Shown here: positions 9,458 through 21,166 of the stretch, in pieces | Layout: each line of letters opens with the position of its first letter | Position numbering within the stretch: the first letter of the stretch is position 1 | Origin: an uncultured Microthrixaceae bacterium | GTDB taxonomy: Bacteria > Actinomycetota > Acidimicrobiia > Acidimicrobiales > DATDAH01 | Direction: 5' to 3' | Length of the DNA stretch: 64,000 nt | Assembly: GCA_963701565.1 (NCBI GenBank) | Contig: CAVPAN010000005.1 | Location: 409,672 to 473,671, forward strand | Position numbers and translations under genes: made by a program | Notes under the pieces: model-generated | Told to the model about the DNA's origin: nothing | The model's input: the letters and a program-made list of their open reading frames with translations, nothing else | The model's database searches: none

Positions 9458-10398
9458 GGCAGGGCCTCACCGTCGGCGTCGGGGTCTTCGGTGAGCCGGA
9501 GGAACACGTCTTCCAGCGTCGCCTCATCCGGGCGCAGTTCGGTCAGCCAGTGACCGGCCTCGGCCATCGCGTGGTTGAGTCGGGCGGCCTGGGCGGGGTC
9601 GACCTCGGCCCGCAGGTGGTCATCGACCCGGGTCGCGGCGATCCCCTTCCCGGCGAGGGTCGTCAGCGCGCCATCGAGGTCCGCGGTCTTGAGGATCAGC
9701 GCGTCCGACCGGCCGGCGTGCAGGACCTCCTCCACCGTCCCGCTGGTCACACAGCGGCCCCGGGAGAGGATGGCCACGCGGTCGCAGGTCTGCTGGACCT
9801 CGCTCAGGATGTGGCTGGACACGAACACGGTCCGGCCCTCGTCGGCCAGGGACCGCAGCAGCTCGCGGATCTCCCGGATCCCGGCGGGGTCGAGGCCGTT
9901 GGCGGGCTCGTCCAGCACGAGCAGGTCAGGGTCCTTGAGCAGCGTGGCGGCGATCGCCAGGCGCTGGCGCATGCCGAGCGAGTAGGTCCGGACCTGGTCG
10001 TCGGCCCGGTCGGCCAGGCCCACCCGCTCGAGGGGTCCCTCGACGTCGCGGCCGGCGAACCCCCCGAGGTCGGCCAGCAGGCGCAGGTTGCGGCGTCCGC
10101 TGAAGGTCGGGAAGAGGAGGGGGGTCTCGACGATGGAGCCGATGCGTCCGATGACCGATGGCAGGTCGCCCGGCGCGGCGCCGAGGACGCGGTAGTGCCC
10201 CTCGGTCGCCCGAACCAGGCCCAACAGGCAACGGATGGTGGTCGTCTTCCCCGAGCCGTTGGGGCCGAGGAAGCCGAACACGCCGCCCTCGGGCACCTCG
10301 AGGTCGAGGCCGTCGACGGCATGGGCCTCCCGGCGCTCGAGGCGCTTGCGCCGCACGTAGACCTTGTGCAGGCCCTCCACCTCGATGACCGCGGTCAT
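9454..10398 (-). CDS. ABC transporter ATP-binding protein
   Basis: 314 aa. Walker A GPNGSGKTTT, signature YSLGMRQRL, Walker B LLVLDEP. Confidence 0.92.
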   Translation of the reverse strand: MTAVIEVEGLHKVYVRRKRLERREAHAVDGLDLEVPEGGVFGFLGPNGSGKTTTIRCLLGLVRATEGHYRVLGAAPGDLPSVIGRIGSIVETPLLFPTFSGRRNLRLLADLGGFAGRDVEGPLERVGLADRADDQVRTYSLGMRQRLAIAATLLKDPDLLVLDEPANGLDPAGIREIRELLRSLADEGRTVFVSSHILSEVQQTCDRVAILSRGRCVTSGTVEEVLHAGRSDALILKTADLDGALTTLAGKGIAATRVDDHLRAEVDPAQAARLNHAMAEAGHWLTELRPDEATLEDVFLRLTEDPDADGEALP

Positions 10399-10486
10399 CG
10401 ACCTGTTCCCATGACGCCAGTGTCGGTCCCGGACAGGTCCGCCGCCAGGGTGCCCGCCCCCCGCCCGGAGTGGGGGACAGCCTCCG

Positions 10487-11317
10487 TCACCACCAGCGCT
10501 CGTGCAGGCCGCGTTCCTTGGCGAAGCGCTGGGCCGAGAACGTCTTGCCGTTGTGGTCGGCCGCCTCCGGATCGGTCACCAGCCAGGCCACGACGGTGGC
10601 GGGGACCGACGGTGGGGCCACCGGGAACTTGTTCTCGAGGCCCATGGCCTTCTGGTTCATGGCCATCTTCTCGGTCATCACCATGCCGGGCTCGACGTTG
10701 TAGGCGCGTATTCCCCTGGGGCCGAACTCCACGGCCAGGTGCGCCGCGACGCGGTGGAAGGCGGCCTTGGAGGCGGCGTAGGCCAGGCCCCAGCCCCCCT
10801 CGCCGGCCGCCGCCGGCGGGTCGGTGATGCCAGCCGCTGAGGTGATGTCCACGATCGTGCCGTCGCCCCGCTCGAGGAAGTGGGGGAGCACGGCGTGGAT
10901 GAGGACCAACTGGGCCAGGAAGTTGCCCTCCAGCTTGCGTTGGTAGTCATCCATGGTGGTCTCGGCCACCGTGGTCATGGAGCCCGGCCCGGTGTCCACG
11001 GCGTTGTTGACCAGGACATCGATACGGCCCCAGGTGTCCAGCACCGTGGCTGCCGCCCTGGTCAGGGAGCCCCGATCGTGGAGGTCCATCCGGACCGGGA
11101 GGGCCCCGACGCCGTGGACCACGACGTCGGCCGCCGTGGCCTCCAGGCTGCCGGGCAGCGGGCCGGAGCCGGGTCGGGCGTCGTCGCGACCCTCGCCCTC
11201 GTGGACCGTCCGGGCGCCGAGCGCGACGTCGAAACCCTTCTCGGCCAACGCGATCGCCGTGGCCCGGCCGATGCCCCGGCTGGCACCGGTGACGAAGGCC
11301 ACCTTGGCGTGGCTCAT
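10487..11317 (-). CDS. SDR family oxidoreductase
   Basis: Internal ATG at 11317 (MSHAKVAFVTGASRGIGRA). YAASKAA catalytic motif. ATGA overlap with the upstream SDR stop at 11314. The rest of ORF 10487..11686 is out-of-gene extension. Confidence 0.88.
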   Translation of the reverse strand: MSHAKVAFVTGASRGIGRATAIALAEKGFDVALGARTVHEGEGRDDARPGSGPLPGSLEATAADVVVHGVGALPVRMDLHDRGSLTRAAATVLDTWGRIDVLVNNAVDTGPGSMTTVAETTMDDYQRKLEGNFLAQLVLIHAVLPHFLERGDGTIVDITSAAGITDPPAAAGEGGWGLAYAASKAAFHRVAAHLAVEFGPRGIRAYNVEPGMVMTEKMAMNQKAMGLENKFPVAPPSVPATVVAWLVTDPEAADHNGKTFSAQRFAKERGLHERWW

Positions 11318-12123
11318 CCGCCGATGCCCTCGAAGTCGACCTGTCCCTCGGCCATGGCCGTGCTGAACCCGGCATCGACGATGACGTCGAGGCCCGACAC
11401 ATAGGAGGCCCCCGGGGCGCAGAGGACGACGAGGGGCAGGGCCATCTCGTCGGGCCGGGCCATGCGCCCGATGGCTTCTCGGGCCGTCCATTCGAGGATG
11501 CTCTCGTCCATGGCCTCCCGGAACGACGGCATCATGGGCGAGTCGACCGGGCCGGGGCTGATGGTGCTCATGCGCACGCCGTGGTCCCGCATCAGGCTCC
11601 GGGCCCGGCGTCGGGTCCAGACGATGACCGCCTCCTTGGAGAAGAAGTAGGGGTCGTCCATCCCGTCGACGTGAGACTCGGCCCAAGTCAGGCCGTCGGC
11701 GAAGGTCTGGGTGGACAGCAGCTCACCCAGGAGGTCGAGGTGGGCCGGCCAGCCCTGGCCGGCGAGGGAGGCCACGCTGGCCACGGCTCCGCCGTCCACG
11801 ATCTGGGGGAGCAGGGCCTCGGTCAGGTACCGGGTGCCCAGGAAGTTCACCCGGAGGACGGTGAGCCCGCCCGCGGTCTGGGGCACGCCGGCGCAGTTGA
11901 CGAGGGCGTACACCGGTTCGCCGCCGAGGGCGGCCACGGAGGCGTCGATGGCATCGGGGTCCCGTAGATCGAGGGACCCGTCGGCGATGTCGAGACCGAT
12001 CACGTCGGCCCCCAGCCCACCGAAGAGGTCGGCGGTCGCCGCGCCGATGCCGGACGCGGCGCCGGTGACCACGACCCGCCGTCCGCTGAAGTCCAGGGCG
12101 GAGGGGAGGCCCGAGACGCTCAC
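11314..12123 (-). CDS. SDR family oxidoreductase
   Basis: 269 aa. Contains VVVTGAASGIGAA and YFFSKEA. Confidence 0.85.
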   Translation of the reverse strand: MSVSGLPSALDFSGRRVVVTGAASGIGAATADLFGGLGADVIGLDIADGSLDLRDPDAIDASVAALGGEPVYALVNCAGVPQTAGGLTVLRVNFLGTRYLTEALLPQIVDGGAVASVASLAGQGWPAHLDLLGELLSTQTFADGLTWAESHVDGMDDPYFFSKEAVIVWTRRRARSLMRDHGVRMSTISPGPVDSPMMPSFREAMDESILEWTAREAIGRMARPDEMALPLVVLCAPGASYVSGLDVIVDAGFSTAMAEGQVDFEGIGG

Positions 12124-12130
12124 CGCGCCG

Positions 12131-13321
12131 TCAGCGGGGCGCCCGGGGCATGCCCAGGCCGAGCATGGCGATGATGTCCCGCTGGATCTCGTTGGTCCCG
12201 CCGCCGAAGGTCAGGACCAGGATCCCCTGGTAGCTCCGCTCGATCCGTCCTCGTAGCAGGGCGTCCGGCGACCCGGCGCGCAGGAAGGCGATCGGCCCCA
12301 TGATCTCCATGAGGATCCCGAGGCACTCGATGTAGCTGTGGGTACCGAAGACCTTCGTGGCCGAGGCGTCGGCCGGGCTGAGGTCACCCACGGTCAGGCC
12401 GTAGGCCACCTTCCAGTTCATGAGCTGCAGGACCTCGGCCTTGGCCCGGACCCGGGCGAGTCCGAGTTGGACCCACTGCTCGTCGATGACCCGGTCGCCG
12501 TCGGCGGTCGGCGTGGCCTTCGCCCAGTCGCTGACCTCCTCCAGGTACCGCCAGATCAGACCGGCGTTGCAGATGGCCACCCGCTCGTAGTTGAGCTGGC
12601 TGGTGATGAGGCCCCACCCGGCGTTCTCCTCGCCGACCCGGTTGGCCACTGGGATGCGCACGTCCTCGTAGAAGGTGGCCGTGGTGTCGGCCCCACCCAT
12701 GATGTTCAGCGGCTGGACGGTGAAGCCCGGCGTGTCGGTGGGCATGAGGAAGATGGAGATGCCCTTGTGACGGGGGGCGTCGGGGTCGGTCCGGGCGGCC
12801 AGCCAGACGTAATCGGCCGCCATGGCCAGCGAGGTGTAGATCTTCTGGCCGTTGACGACGTACTCGTCGCCGTCGCGTACGGCCTTGGTCTTGAGCGAGG
12901 CGAGGTCGGTGCCCGAGCCCGGTTCGGTGTAGCCGATGGCGAAGTTCAGGTCCCCGGCCAGGATCCCGGGCAGGAACCGGTCCTTCTGGTCCTCGGTCCC
13001 GAAGCGCATGATCGTCGGGCCGACCGTGTTGATCGACAACATGGGCACCGGGGCTTCGGCCCGCTGGGCCTCGTCGAAGAAGATCAGCTGTTCGATGGGA
13101 GAGCGGTCCTGGCCGCCGTACTCCTTCGGCCAGCCGATCCCCAGCCACCCGTCGGCGGCGATCTGCTTCACGGCCTGCTTCCAGATGGGCCCGCCCATCT
13201 CGTCGGCCCAGAGCTGGGCCTGCATGTCGGGTGTGAGCAGGTCGTGGAAGTACTGGCGCAGCTCGGCCCGGAGGCCCTGCTGCTCGTCGGTCAAGGCGAA
13301 GTCCACGCCCGAGTATCGCAC
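12131..13321 (-). CDS. acyl-CoA dehydrogenase
   Basis: 396 aa. FALTDEQQ N-terminus, YTEPGSGTDLASL, C-terminal GGTNEIQRDIIA. The true start may be the GTG at 13306 (VDFALTDEQ). Confidence 0.92.
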   Translation of the reverse strand: MRYSGVDFALTDEQQGLRAELRQYFHDLLTPDMQAQLWADEMGGPIWKQAVKQIAADGWLGIGWPKEYGGQDRSPIEQLIFFDEAQRAEAPVPMLSINTVGPTIMRFGTEDQKDRFLPGILAGDLNFAIGYTEPGSGTDLASLKTKAVRDGDEYVVNGQKIYTSLAMAADYVWLAARTDPDAPRHKGISIFLMPTDTPGFTVQPLNIMGGADTTATFYEDVRIPVANRVGEENAGWGLITSQLNYERVAICNAGLIWRYLEEVSDWAKATPTADGDRVIDEQWVQLGLARVRAKAEVLQLMNWKVAYGLTVGDLSPADASATKVFGTHSYIECLGILMEIMGPIAFLRAGSPDALLRGRIERSYQGILVLTFGGGTNEIQRDIIAMLGLGMPRAPR

Positions 13322-13329
13322 CGGCCAGG

Positions 13330-14313
13330 ATGGAGGTCGTGCGGCGAGCGGGAACAGTCGGTCTGGGTGTGGCGCTGGCGACCCTCGTCATCGGCTGTTC
13401 GGGCGATGACGGGGGGTCGTCCACCGCCGACACCTCGGCGACGGTGGTGACGCCCACAACGGTGCCGGCCCCGGCGGCCGCAGGGGTGGCTGCCGCGGTC
13501 TGCGCCGCCCGACCGGTGCCCGGGCGGCCGCGGTTGGCCGAGCCCGAGTTGAGCGAGCTGTCGGGCCTGGTCGCCCTCGACTCGGGCCTCTGGGCCCACA
13601 ACGACAGTGGGGACGAGGCGCGGGTGTTCCGCCTCGACGAGGCGGGGGCGACCCAGGCCGTCGTCCACCTCGAGGGCATCGACGCCTTCGACTGGGAGGA
13701 CATGAGCGGGGCCGGGCCGTCCGCCGGAGAGCTCTTCGTCGGCGACATCGGCGACAACGAGGGGATCCGCAACGAGGTCACCGTCCTGCGCTTCGCCGTC
13801 CCGGATCCGGCGCCGGTCGGTGAGGTCACCATCCCCGCCGACGAGATCCAGACGATCACGCTGCGCTACCCGAACGGGCCGCGGGACGCCGAGACCCTTC
13901 TGGTCGACCCGGTGACCCGGGACCTCGTCATCGTCGACAAGCGCTTTGGCGGCGCCTCTGAGGTGTACCAGGCCACCGAGGCCGACTGGGCGGACGGCGG
14001 CGCCGAGCTGGAGCGCATCGGCGTCGTGGAGGTCGGGGACACCCCGCTCGACGCTACGACGGCCGGGGACGTCGGAGCCGACGGCCAGGTGGTGGCCTTG
14101 CGCACCTATGCCGCCGTGCTCGTGTTCCCTCGGGACGAGGACCAGTCCCTGGCCGAGGCGCTGGTGGACAACGAGCTCTGCGACGCCCCGACCCGGCTGG
14201 AGGTCCAGGGCGAGGCCTTCACCTTCACCGACGAGGGCTACCTGACCGTGAGCGAGGGCGACCGGCCCCGTCTGAACCACTTCACCGTCACCTTCCCCGT
14301 ACCGGGCGAATAG
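13330..14313 (+). CDS. secreted lipoprotein, beta-propeller/phytase-like
   Basis: 327 aa. Signal peptide with lipobox LVIGC, then a Thr/Ala/Pro linker, then WAHNDSGDEARVF and FVGDIGDN motifs. Confidence 0.65.
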   Translation: MEVVRRAGTVGLGVALATLVIGCSGDDGGSSTADTSATVVTPTTVPAPAAAGVAAAVCAARPVPGRPRLAEPELSELSGLVALDSGLWAHNDSGDEARVFRLDEAGATQAVVHLEGIDAFDWEDMSGAGPSAGELFVGDIGDNEGIRNEVTVLRFAVPDPAPVGEVTIPADEIQTITLRYPNGPRDAETLLVDPVTRDLVIVDKRFGGASEVYQATEADWADGGAELERIGVVEVGDTPLDATTAGDVGADGQVVALRTYAAVLVFPRDEDQSLAEALVDNELCDAPTRLEVQGEAFTFTDEGYLTVSEGDRPRLNHFTVTFPVPGE

Positions 14314-14322
14314 GTTCGGTCC

Positions 14323-14739
14323 ATGGGCGACGGCATCGACACCTTCGAGTTCGCGTTCGCCTCCCGGTACGCCGGGCTGCTGCGCCTCGGCGGGATCACG
14401 CCGGCGACCACCCTGGTCACGGTGACCGACGACGAGTACCGGGTGCGGTTCGGGGGTTGGAAGCTGTCGACGCCCATCACCAACTGCACGGGGACGTGCC
14501 TGACCACGGGCTACCGGTGGTTCAAGGCGATCGGGGCCCGAGGCTCGTTCAAGGACAAGGGCGTCACCTTCGGCACCTCGACCGACCGGGGCGTCTGCGT
14601 GCTCTTCGACGAGCCGGTGGCGGCCCTGGTCCCAGGGAACCTCATGAAGCACCCCGGCTGCACGGTGACCGTCGCCGACTGCGAGGGCCTCATCGCCGCC
14701 CTCGAGCGTCGCGGGGTCCCTCGCAACCCCCAGGACTGA
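14323..14739 (+). CDS. hypothetical protein
   Basis: 138-aa ORF with non-shadow composition (Phe, Lys, Tyr, Cys present). No recognisable motif and no clear SD. Confidence 0.45.
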   Translation: MGDGIDTFEFAFASRYAGLLRLGGITPATTLVTVTDDEYRVRFGGWKLSTPITNCTGTCLTTGYRWFKAIGARGSFKDKGVTFGTSTDRGVCVLFDEPVAALVPGNLMKHPGCTVTVADCEGLIAALERRGVPRNPQD

Positions 14740-14742
14740 AGG

Positions 14743-15024
14743 TCAGGCCAGGGCCGGTGGGGCGGCCACACCGCTGAGGTGGACGGTCTTCTCGCGGGCG
14801 TGCTCGCCGCGGATGATGGTCACCGCCGACCGCCGGATGCCGGCCCAGGCCGCCAGGCACCGGAGCAGCTCGGCGTTGGCCTTGCCCTCGACCGCCGGGG
14901 CGTGGATCCGGATGCGCAGGCGGTCGTCCACGACGCCGACCACCTCGGAGCGCTTGGCGCCCGGGCTGGCCCGGACCTGGAGCGTGATGCCGCCGTCCGC
15001 CGGCGACCACCAGTCGTCGGCCAT
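14743..15024 (-). CDS. DUF167 (YggU-like) protein
   Basis: Internal ATG at 15024 (MADDWWSPADGGITLQVRASPGAKRSEV...VEGKANAELLRCLA...IIRGEHAREK). TGATG overlap with the upstream gene stop. Confidence 0.7.
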   Translation of the reverse strand: MADDWWSPADGGITLQVRASPGAKRSEVVGVVDDRLRIRIHAPAVEGKANAELLRCLAAWAGIRRSAVTIIRGEHAREKTVHLSGVAAPPALA

Positions 15025-16083
15025 CAGAGGCCGAGGGCCCGGGACTTCTGCTCGGCGATCTGGAGGAAGGCGTCGGCCCGGGCCGCGATCGACTCCAGGG
15101 TGCCGGACCGCGCTCCGGCCCCCTGCCCCTTGCTCCGGCGGGCGTGGACGCCCTCGACGATGCAGCCCATCTTCCACCAGCCGAAGACCTCGAACCACGG
15201 CCAGTGGTCCAGGGGCCGTCCGCTGAGGGCGGCGTAGCGGCCGACCATCTCGGCCCGCCGGGGCAGGGCGGCCGCGGTGGTGGGGGACGACGGTAGGAAC
15301 GCGGCTCCGTCGTCGGGGTCGGCCCAGTACTGCAGGGACCAGCAGGCGTCGGCCTCAGGGTCACCCCGCGTGCACAGCTCCCAGTCGAGGACGGCCACGA
15401 CCTGCCCGGCATCGTCGATCACGACGTTGTCGAAGCGGTAGTCGCCGTGGAGCAGCCCCGGTCGGCCCGCCTCCGGCGGCACCGTGCGGGCGAGCCGTTG
15501 GTGCACCTCCTCGATGAGGTGGACCCGGCGGACCCGGCCGTCGTCGTACTGGCGCCGCCACCGCTCGAGCTGGCGCTCGACGTAGCCGGTCGGGGGCCCG
15601 AGGTCACCCAGGCCCACGGCCTCGGCGTCGACGGCGTGCAGGGCGACCTGGGTCGTCAGGAGGGAGTCGGCGGCGGACCGAAGGACCTCGGGATCGAGGC
15701 CCTCGGCGTCCGCGGCCGTGCGCAGAATCGTCCCCTCCGCGAACCCCATCACATAGAAGGGGGCGCCGGTGACGGCCTCGTCCTCACACAGGGCCACCGG
15801 CTCGGGCACCGCCACACCGGTGTCGTGGTGGTGCAGGGCCGCAGAGCACCCGCCACTCCCGCAGGACGTCGTGGGCCGTGGCCAAAGCCCGCCCGACGGG
15901 CGGCCGGCGTAGGGCCCAACGGCGCCCGTCGGCGTCGGTCAGCGTGAAGGTCAGGTTGGATCCGCCCGCCACCACCAGGCCGAAGCCGTAGGGGCCACGA
16001 CTGTCGGGCACGGCGTCGGCCAGCCAGCGCTCGACTCGGGACCGGTCCATCCCGGGCAGGTCCTCGGGATCCGGGGCGGTCAT
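15024..16083 (-). pseudogene. phosphotransferase (APH/choline-kinase-like), one frameshift
   Basis: N-terminal part MTAPDPEDLPGMDRSRVERWLADAV...GGSNLTFTL...AHDVLREWRVL lies in the frame of ORF 15784..16500. The remainder, AALHHHDTGVAVPEPVALCEDE...LLHGDYRFDNVV...LDWE, lies in the frame of ORF 15024..15815. The frame changes near 15845. Confidence 0.75.
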
Positions 16084-16105
16084 GGCCGGATGGTAAGACG
16101 GCGGG

Positions 16106-16888
16106 ATGCTCCGCACCGACGACCACGGCCGGGTCCGCCTGCTCACCCTCGACCGGCCCGAGGCGCTCAACGCCTTCAACACTGCGCTGTACGACACCGT
16201 GGCGGATGCCTTGACCGAGACGGCAGCCGATGGAGACATCGCCGTGGTGGTGCTGACGGGCGAGGGTCGGGCCTTCTCCGCGGGCCAGGACCTGGGGGAG
16301 ATGGCCGACCTGGCCGGCTCGATGGGTGCCGGCGGTGGGGCGGGCCACGGCTTCCCCCGCTTCATGGACGCCCTCATCGGCTTCCCCAAGCCGCTGATCG
16401 CGGCGGTCAACGGCCTGGGGGTCGGCCTCGGCCTGACCGTCGTGGGCCACTGTGACCTGACCCTCGTGGCGGAGTCGGCCCGCTTCCGTCCACCGTTCAC
16501 GGCGCTGGGCGTGGTGCCCGAGGCCGCGGCCAGCTACACACTGCCGGCGATGATGGGCTGGCAGGCCGCCACCCACGCCCTGCTGACCAGCGCCTGGATC
16601 AGCGCGGACGAGGCGGTGGCCACCGGCCTCGCCCTGCGCAAGGTGGCCGACGCCGACCTGGTCTCCGAGGCCCTCGCCCTGGCGGCCGAGATCGCCGTCT
16701 GGCCCATCTCGTCCCTGGTGGGCACCAAGCGGGTCCTGCGGGCGGCCCACACGGAGGCTGTGGCCGACGCCCGCCGCCGGGAGGACCGGGAGTTCGCCGC
16801 CATGACCGGCCGCCCCGCGAACCTCGAAGCCCTCACCGCGTTCCTCGAGAAGCGCCCCCCCGACTTCAGCAACATCCCCGGCGAATGA
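16106..16888 (+). CDS. enoyl-CoA hydratase/isomerase
   Basis: 260 aa. Contains LTLDRPEALNAF, VVLTGEGRAFSAGQDL and AAVNGLGVGLG. Confidence 0.9.
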   Translation: MLRTDDHGRVRLLTLDRPEALNAFNTALYDTVADALTETAADGDIAVVVLTGEGRAFSAGQDLGEMADLAGSMGAGGGAGHGFPRFMDALIGFPKPLIAAVNGLGVGLGLTVVGHCDLTLVAESARFRPPFTALGVVPEAAASYTLPAMMGWQAATHALLTSAWISADEAVATGLALRKVADADLVSEALALAAEIAVWPISSLVGTKRVLRAAHTEAVADARRREDREFAAMTGRPANLEALTAFLEKRPPDFSNIPGE

Positions 16889-17062
16889 TCCGTGTCGGCG
16901 CCTGACACCAAGCCCGGCGGGGAGTGTCGCTGCGCAGCGGAGCGGAGCAGCAGGCGAGACGATCCACGACGGCGACGCCGGAGCTGGCGAGGGAGCGACC
17001 GAGACCTCTGGGGAAGACCGGGTTGGGTCGGTTCCGAGCGCCTGCCGCCCCAGCCCGCGACC

Positions 17063-17098
17063 GAGTCAGGTCAATGTTGCGAGTCAGCTCAATGTCGC
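17063..17098. repeat. tandem 18-bp direct repeat (16/18 identical)
   Basis: GAGTCAGGTCAATGTTGC (17063-17080) is followed directly by GAGTCAGCTCAATGTCGC (17081-17098). The second copy contains the stop and last codons of the DUF1295 gene. Confidence 0.6.
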
Positions 17099-17868
17099 GG
17101 CGGCCCGGGGAAGAAGGCGTTGGTCTTGCGCATGTACTCGTCGTAACCGGGTCGCCGCTTGCCGATGGAGCGCTCGAGCATCGCGACGCCCGGAGACCCG
17201 GAGCAGGAAGAAGGTCATCACGATCGGGCCGACGACGGCGTAGATCCCGACCCCGGTGGCGGCGGCCACGATCCAGATGCCCCACCAGACACAGAAGTCC
17301 CCGAAGTAGTTGGGGTGGCGGGTGTAGCGCCACAGGCCCTGGTCCATCACCTGACCGGCGTTGGCCGGGTCCGCCTTGAACTGGGAGAGCTGGAAGTCCC
17401 CCGTCGACTCGAAGTAGATGCCGACGGTGTAGAGGATCACGCCCACGATCTCGACCGGTCCGAGCGAGGCCGGCTGGTCGGCGACCGAACCCACCTGGAC
17501 CGGCAGGCTGACGATCCACATGAGGACGCCCTGCAGGCCGAAGACCAACCACAGGCTCTGCACGGCGAACTCGTCGCCCCGTCGCTTGCGCATGGCCACG
17601 TACCGGGGGTCCTCGCCCTTGCCGTGGTTGCGGATGAACAGGTAGACGGCCAGGCGCCCGCCCCAGAGGGTGACCATCCAGGCCAGCAGCATCTTGCGAC
17701 TCGCGACACCGTCGCCCAGGGCGTAGGAGACCCAGGCCACGAGGACGAAGCCGGCGCCCCAGACGATGTCCACGATCGACGCGTTCTTCAGCCGGACCGA
17801 CACCACCCACGTACCGATCATCAGCACCGCAATGGCAACGGCGCTGGCCCCGAAGACCTCGAGGTAGT

Positions 17869-17872
<4 letters not shown>
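17089..17872 (-). pseudogene. DUF1295 / steroid 5-alpha-reductase-like membrane protein, one frameshift near the C-terminus
   Basis: GTG at 17872 (VNYLEVFGASAV...) overlaps the stop of the upstream gene (GTGA). WRYTRHPNYFGDF motif. After ..FFLLRVSG the conserved tail VAMLERSIGKRRPGYDEYMRKTNAFFPGPPRH* continues in another frame. The extra base is in the GGG run near 17190. Confidence 0.75.
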
Positions 17873-20145
<2,273 letters not shown>

Positions 20146-20463
20146 GCAGCCGGGCCGCGTCGACCGCTCGTGCCGAGCTCCACGAGATGGAGTCGACGAC
20201 GGCGAAGGGAGCGGTGCTCCTCGTCGCGGTCCTGGTGTTCCTGCTCGGGCGCGCCGTGATCCGCCGTACGGGCCGACGGGCCGACCGGGCGCGGGGTGTC
20301 GTCCACGAGCGGGTCGAGCGCTTCCTCGAGGACTGAGCCCGCGGGCGCGGCCACCCGCTCGCCGACGCCCGGATCCGGGTCGTTGGTCACTGGTGGTCGG
20401 GGCACCGAGCGACGATCCTGTCGACCAGGCGCACGAGGAGGTCGGGTCATCGCGGTCATCGAG

Positions 20464-21166
20464 ATGCAGGGCGTCGCCCGCCGGTACGAGGTCGGCGACA
20501 CGGTGGTCACCGCCCTCCAGGACGTCGACCTGACGGTCGACGCGGGCGAGTTCGTCGTCGTGCTGGGCCCGTCGGGGAGCGGCAAGACGACGCTGCTCAA
20601 CCTGATCGGCGCGCTCGACGTGCCGACCGAGGGCGACGTCCGGGTCGCCGGCGCCACGATCACCGGCGCCGCGCCGCAAGGAGCTGTTCCGGTTCCGGCG
20701 GCGGACGGTCAGCTTCGTGTTCCAGACGTTCAACCTGTTCCCGGCGCTCACGGCCGCGGGAGAACGTGCAGTTCGCCATCGACGTGACCCAGCCCGGCCG
20801 CCGAGGCCCCGAGCGCGGAGGAGGTGCTCGAGCGGGTCGGCCTGGGCGACCGGCTCGACCACTTCCCCCACCAGCTCTCCGGCGGCGAGCAGCAGCGGGT
20901 GGCCATCGCCCGGGCCCTGGCCACGGCAACCCGGTGCTGCTGGCCGACGAGCCGACCGGCGAGCTCGACTTCCGCACCGGCGTGCCGATCCTCGAGCTGC
21001 TCCACGAGCAGGCCCACACCGGGGTGACGGTGGTCATCGTCACCCACAACCGGGAGATCAGCCGGGTGGCCGACCGGGTCATCGAGCTGTCGCAGCGGGC
21101 GAGATCGTCGGCGACGGCCCCCCGGCAGGGCGGGCCAGGTGGCCATCGACCGAGCTGCACTGGTGA
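20464..21166 (+). pseudogene. MacB/LolD-type ABC ATP-binding protein, at least 5 frame changes
   Basis: [12 protein letters not shown]...[12 protein letters not shown] (frame 1), then [28 protein letters not shown]. Next come [43 protein letters not shown] and [14 protein letters not shown]...VVIVTHN...VIELS...ELHW*, each in shifted frames. The breaks are near 20670, 20762, 20815, 20925 and 21100-21130. Confidence 0.8.

Noticed and set aside
16889-17088. The 200-bp convergent intergenic gap as a tRNA or small RNA gene.
   Set aside because: I could not build a cloverleaf or a recognisable RNA motif. It contains only short GC palindromes and the 18-bp duplication, so nothing is supportable from sequence alone.
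20187-20336. A 49-codon ORF ([27 protein letters not shown]...) encoding a single-TM peptide between the thiolase and the ABC genes.
   Set aside because: It is plausible, since it has a hydrophobic helix followed by basic residues. However, there is no RBS, no recognisable family, and the surrounding region is error-prone. The support is not strong enough to list it as a feature.
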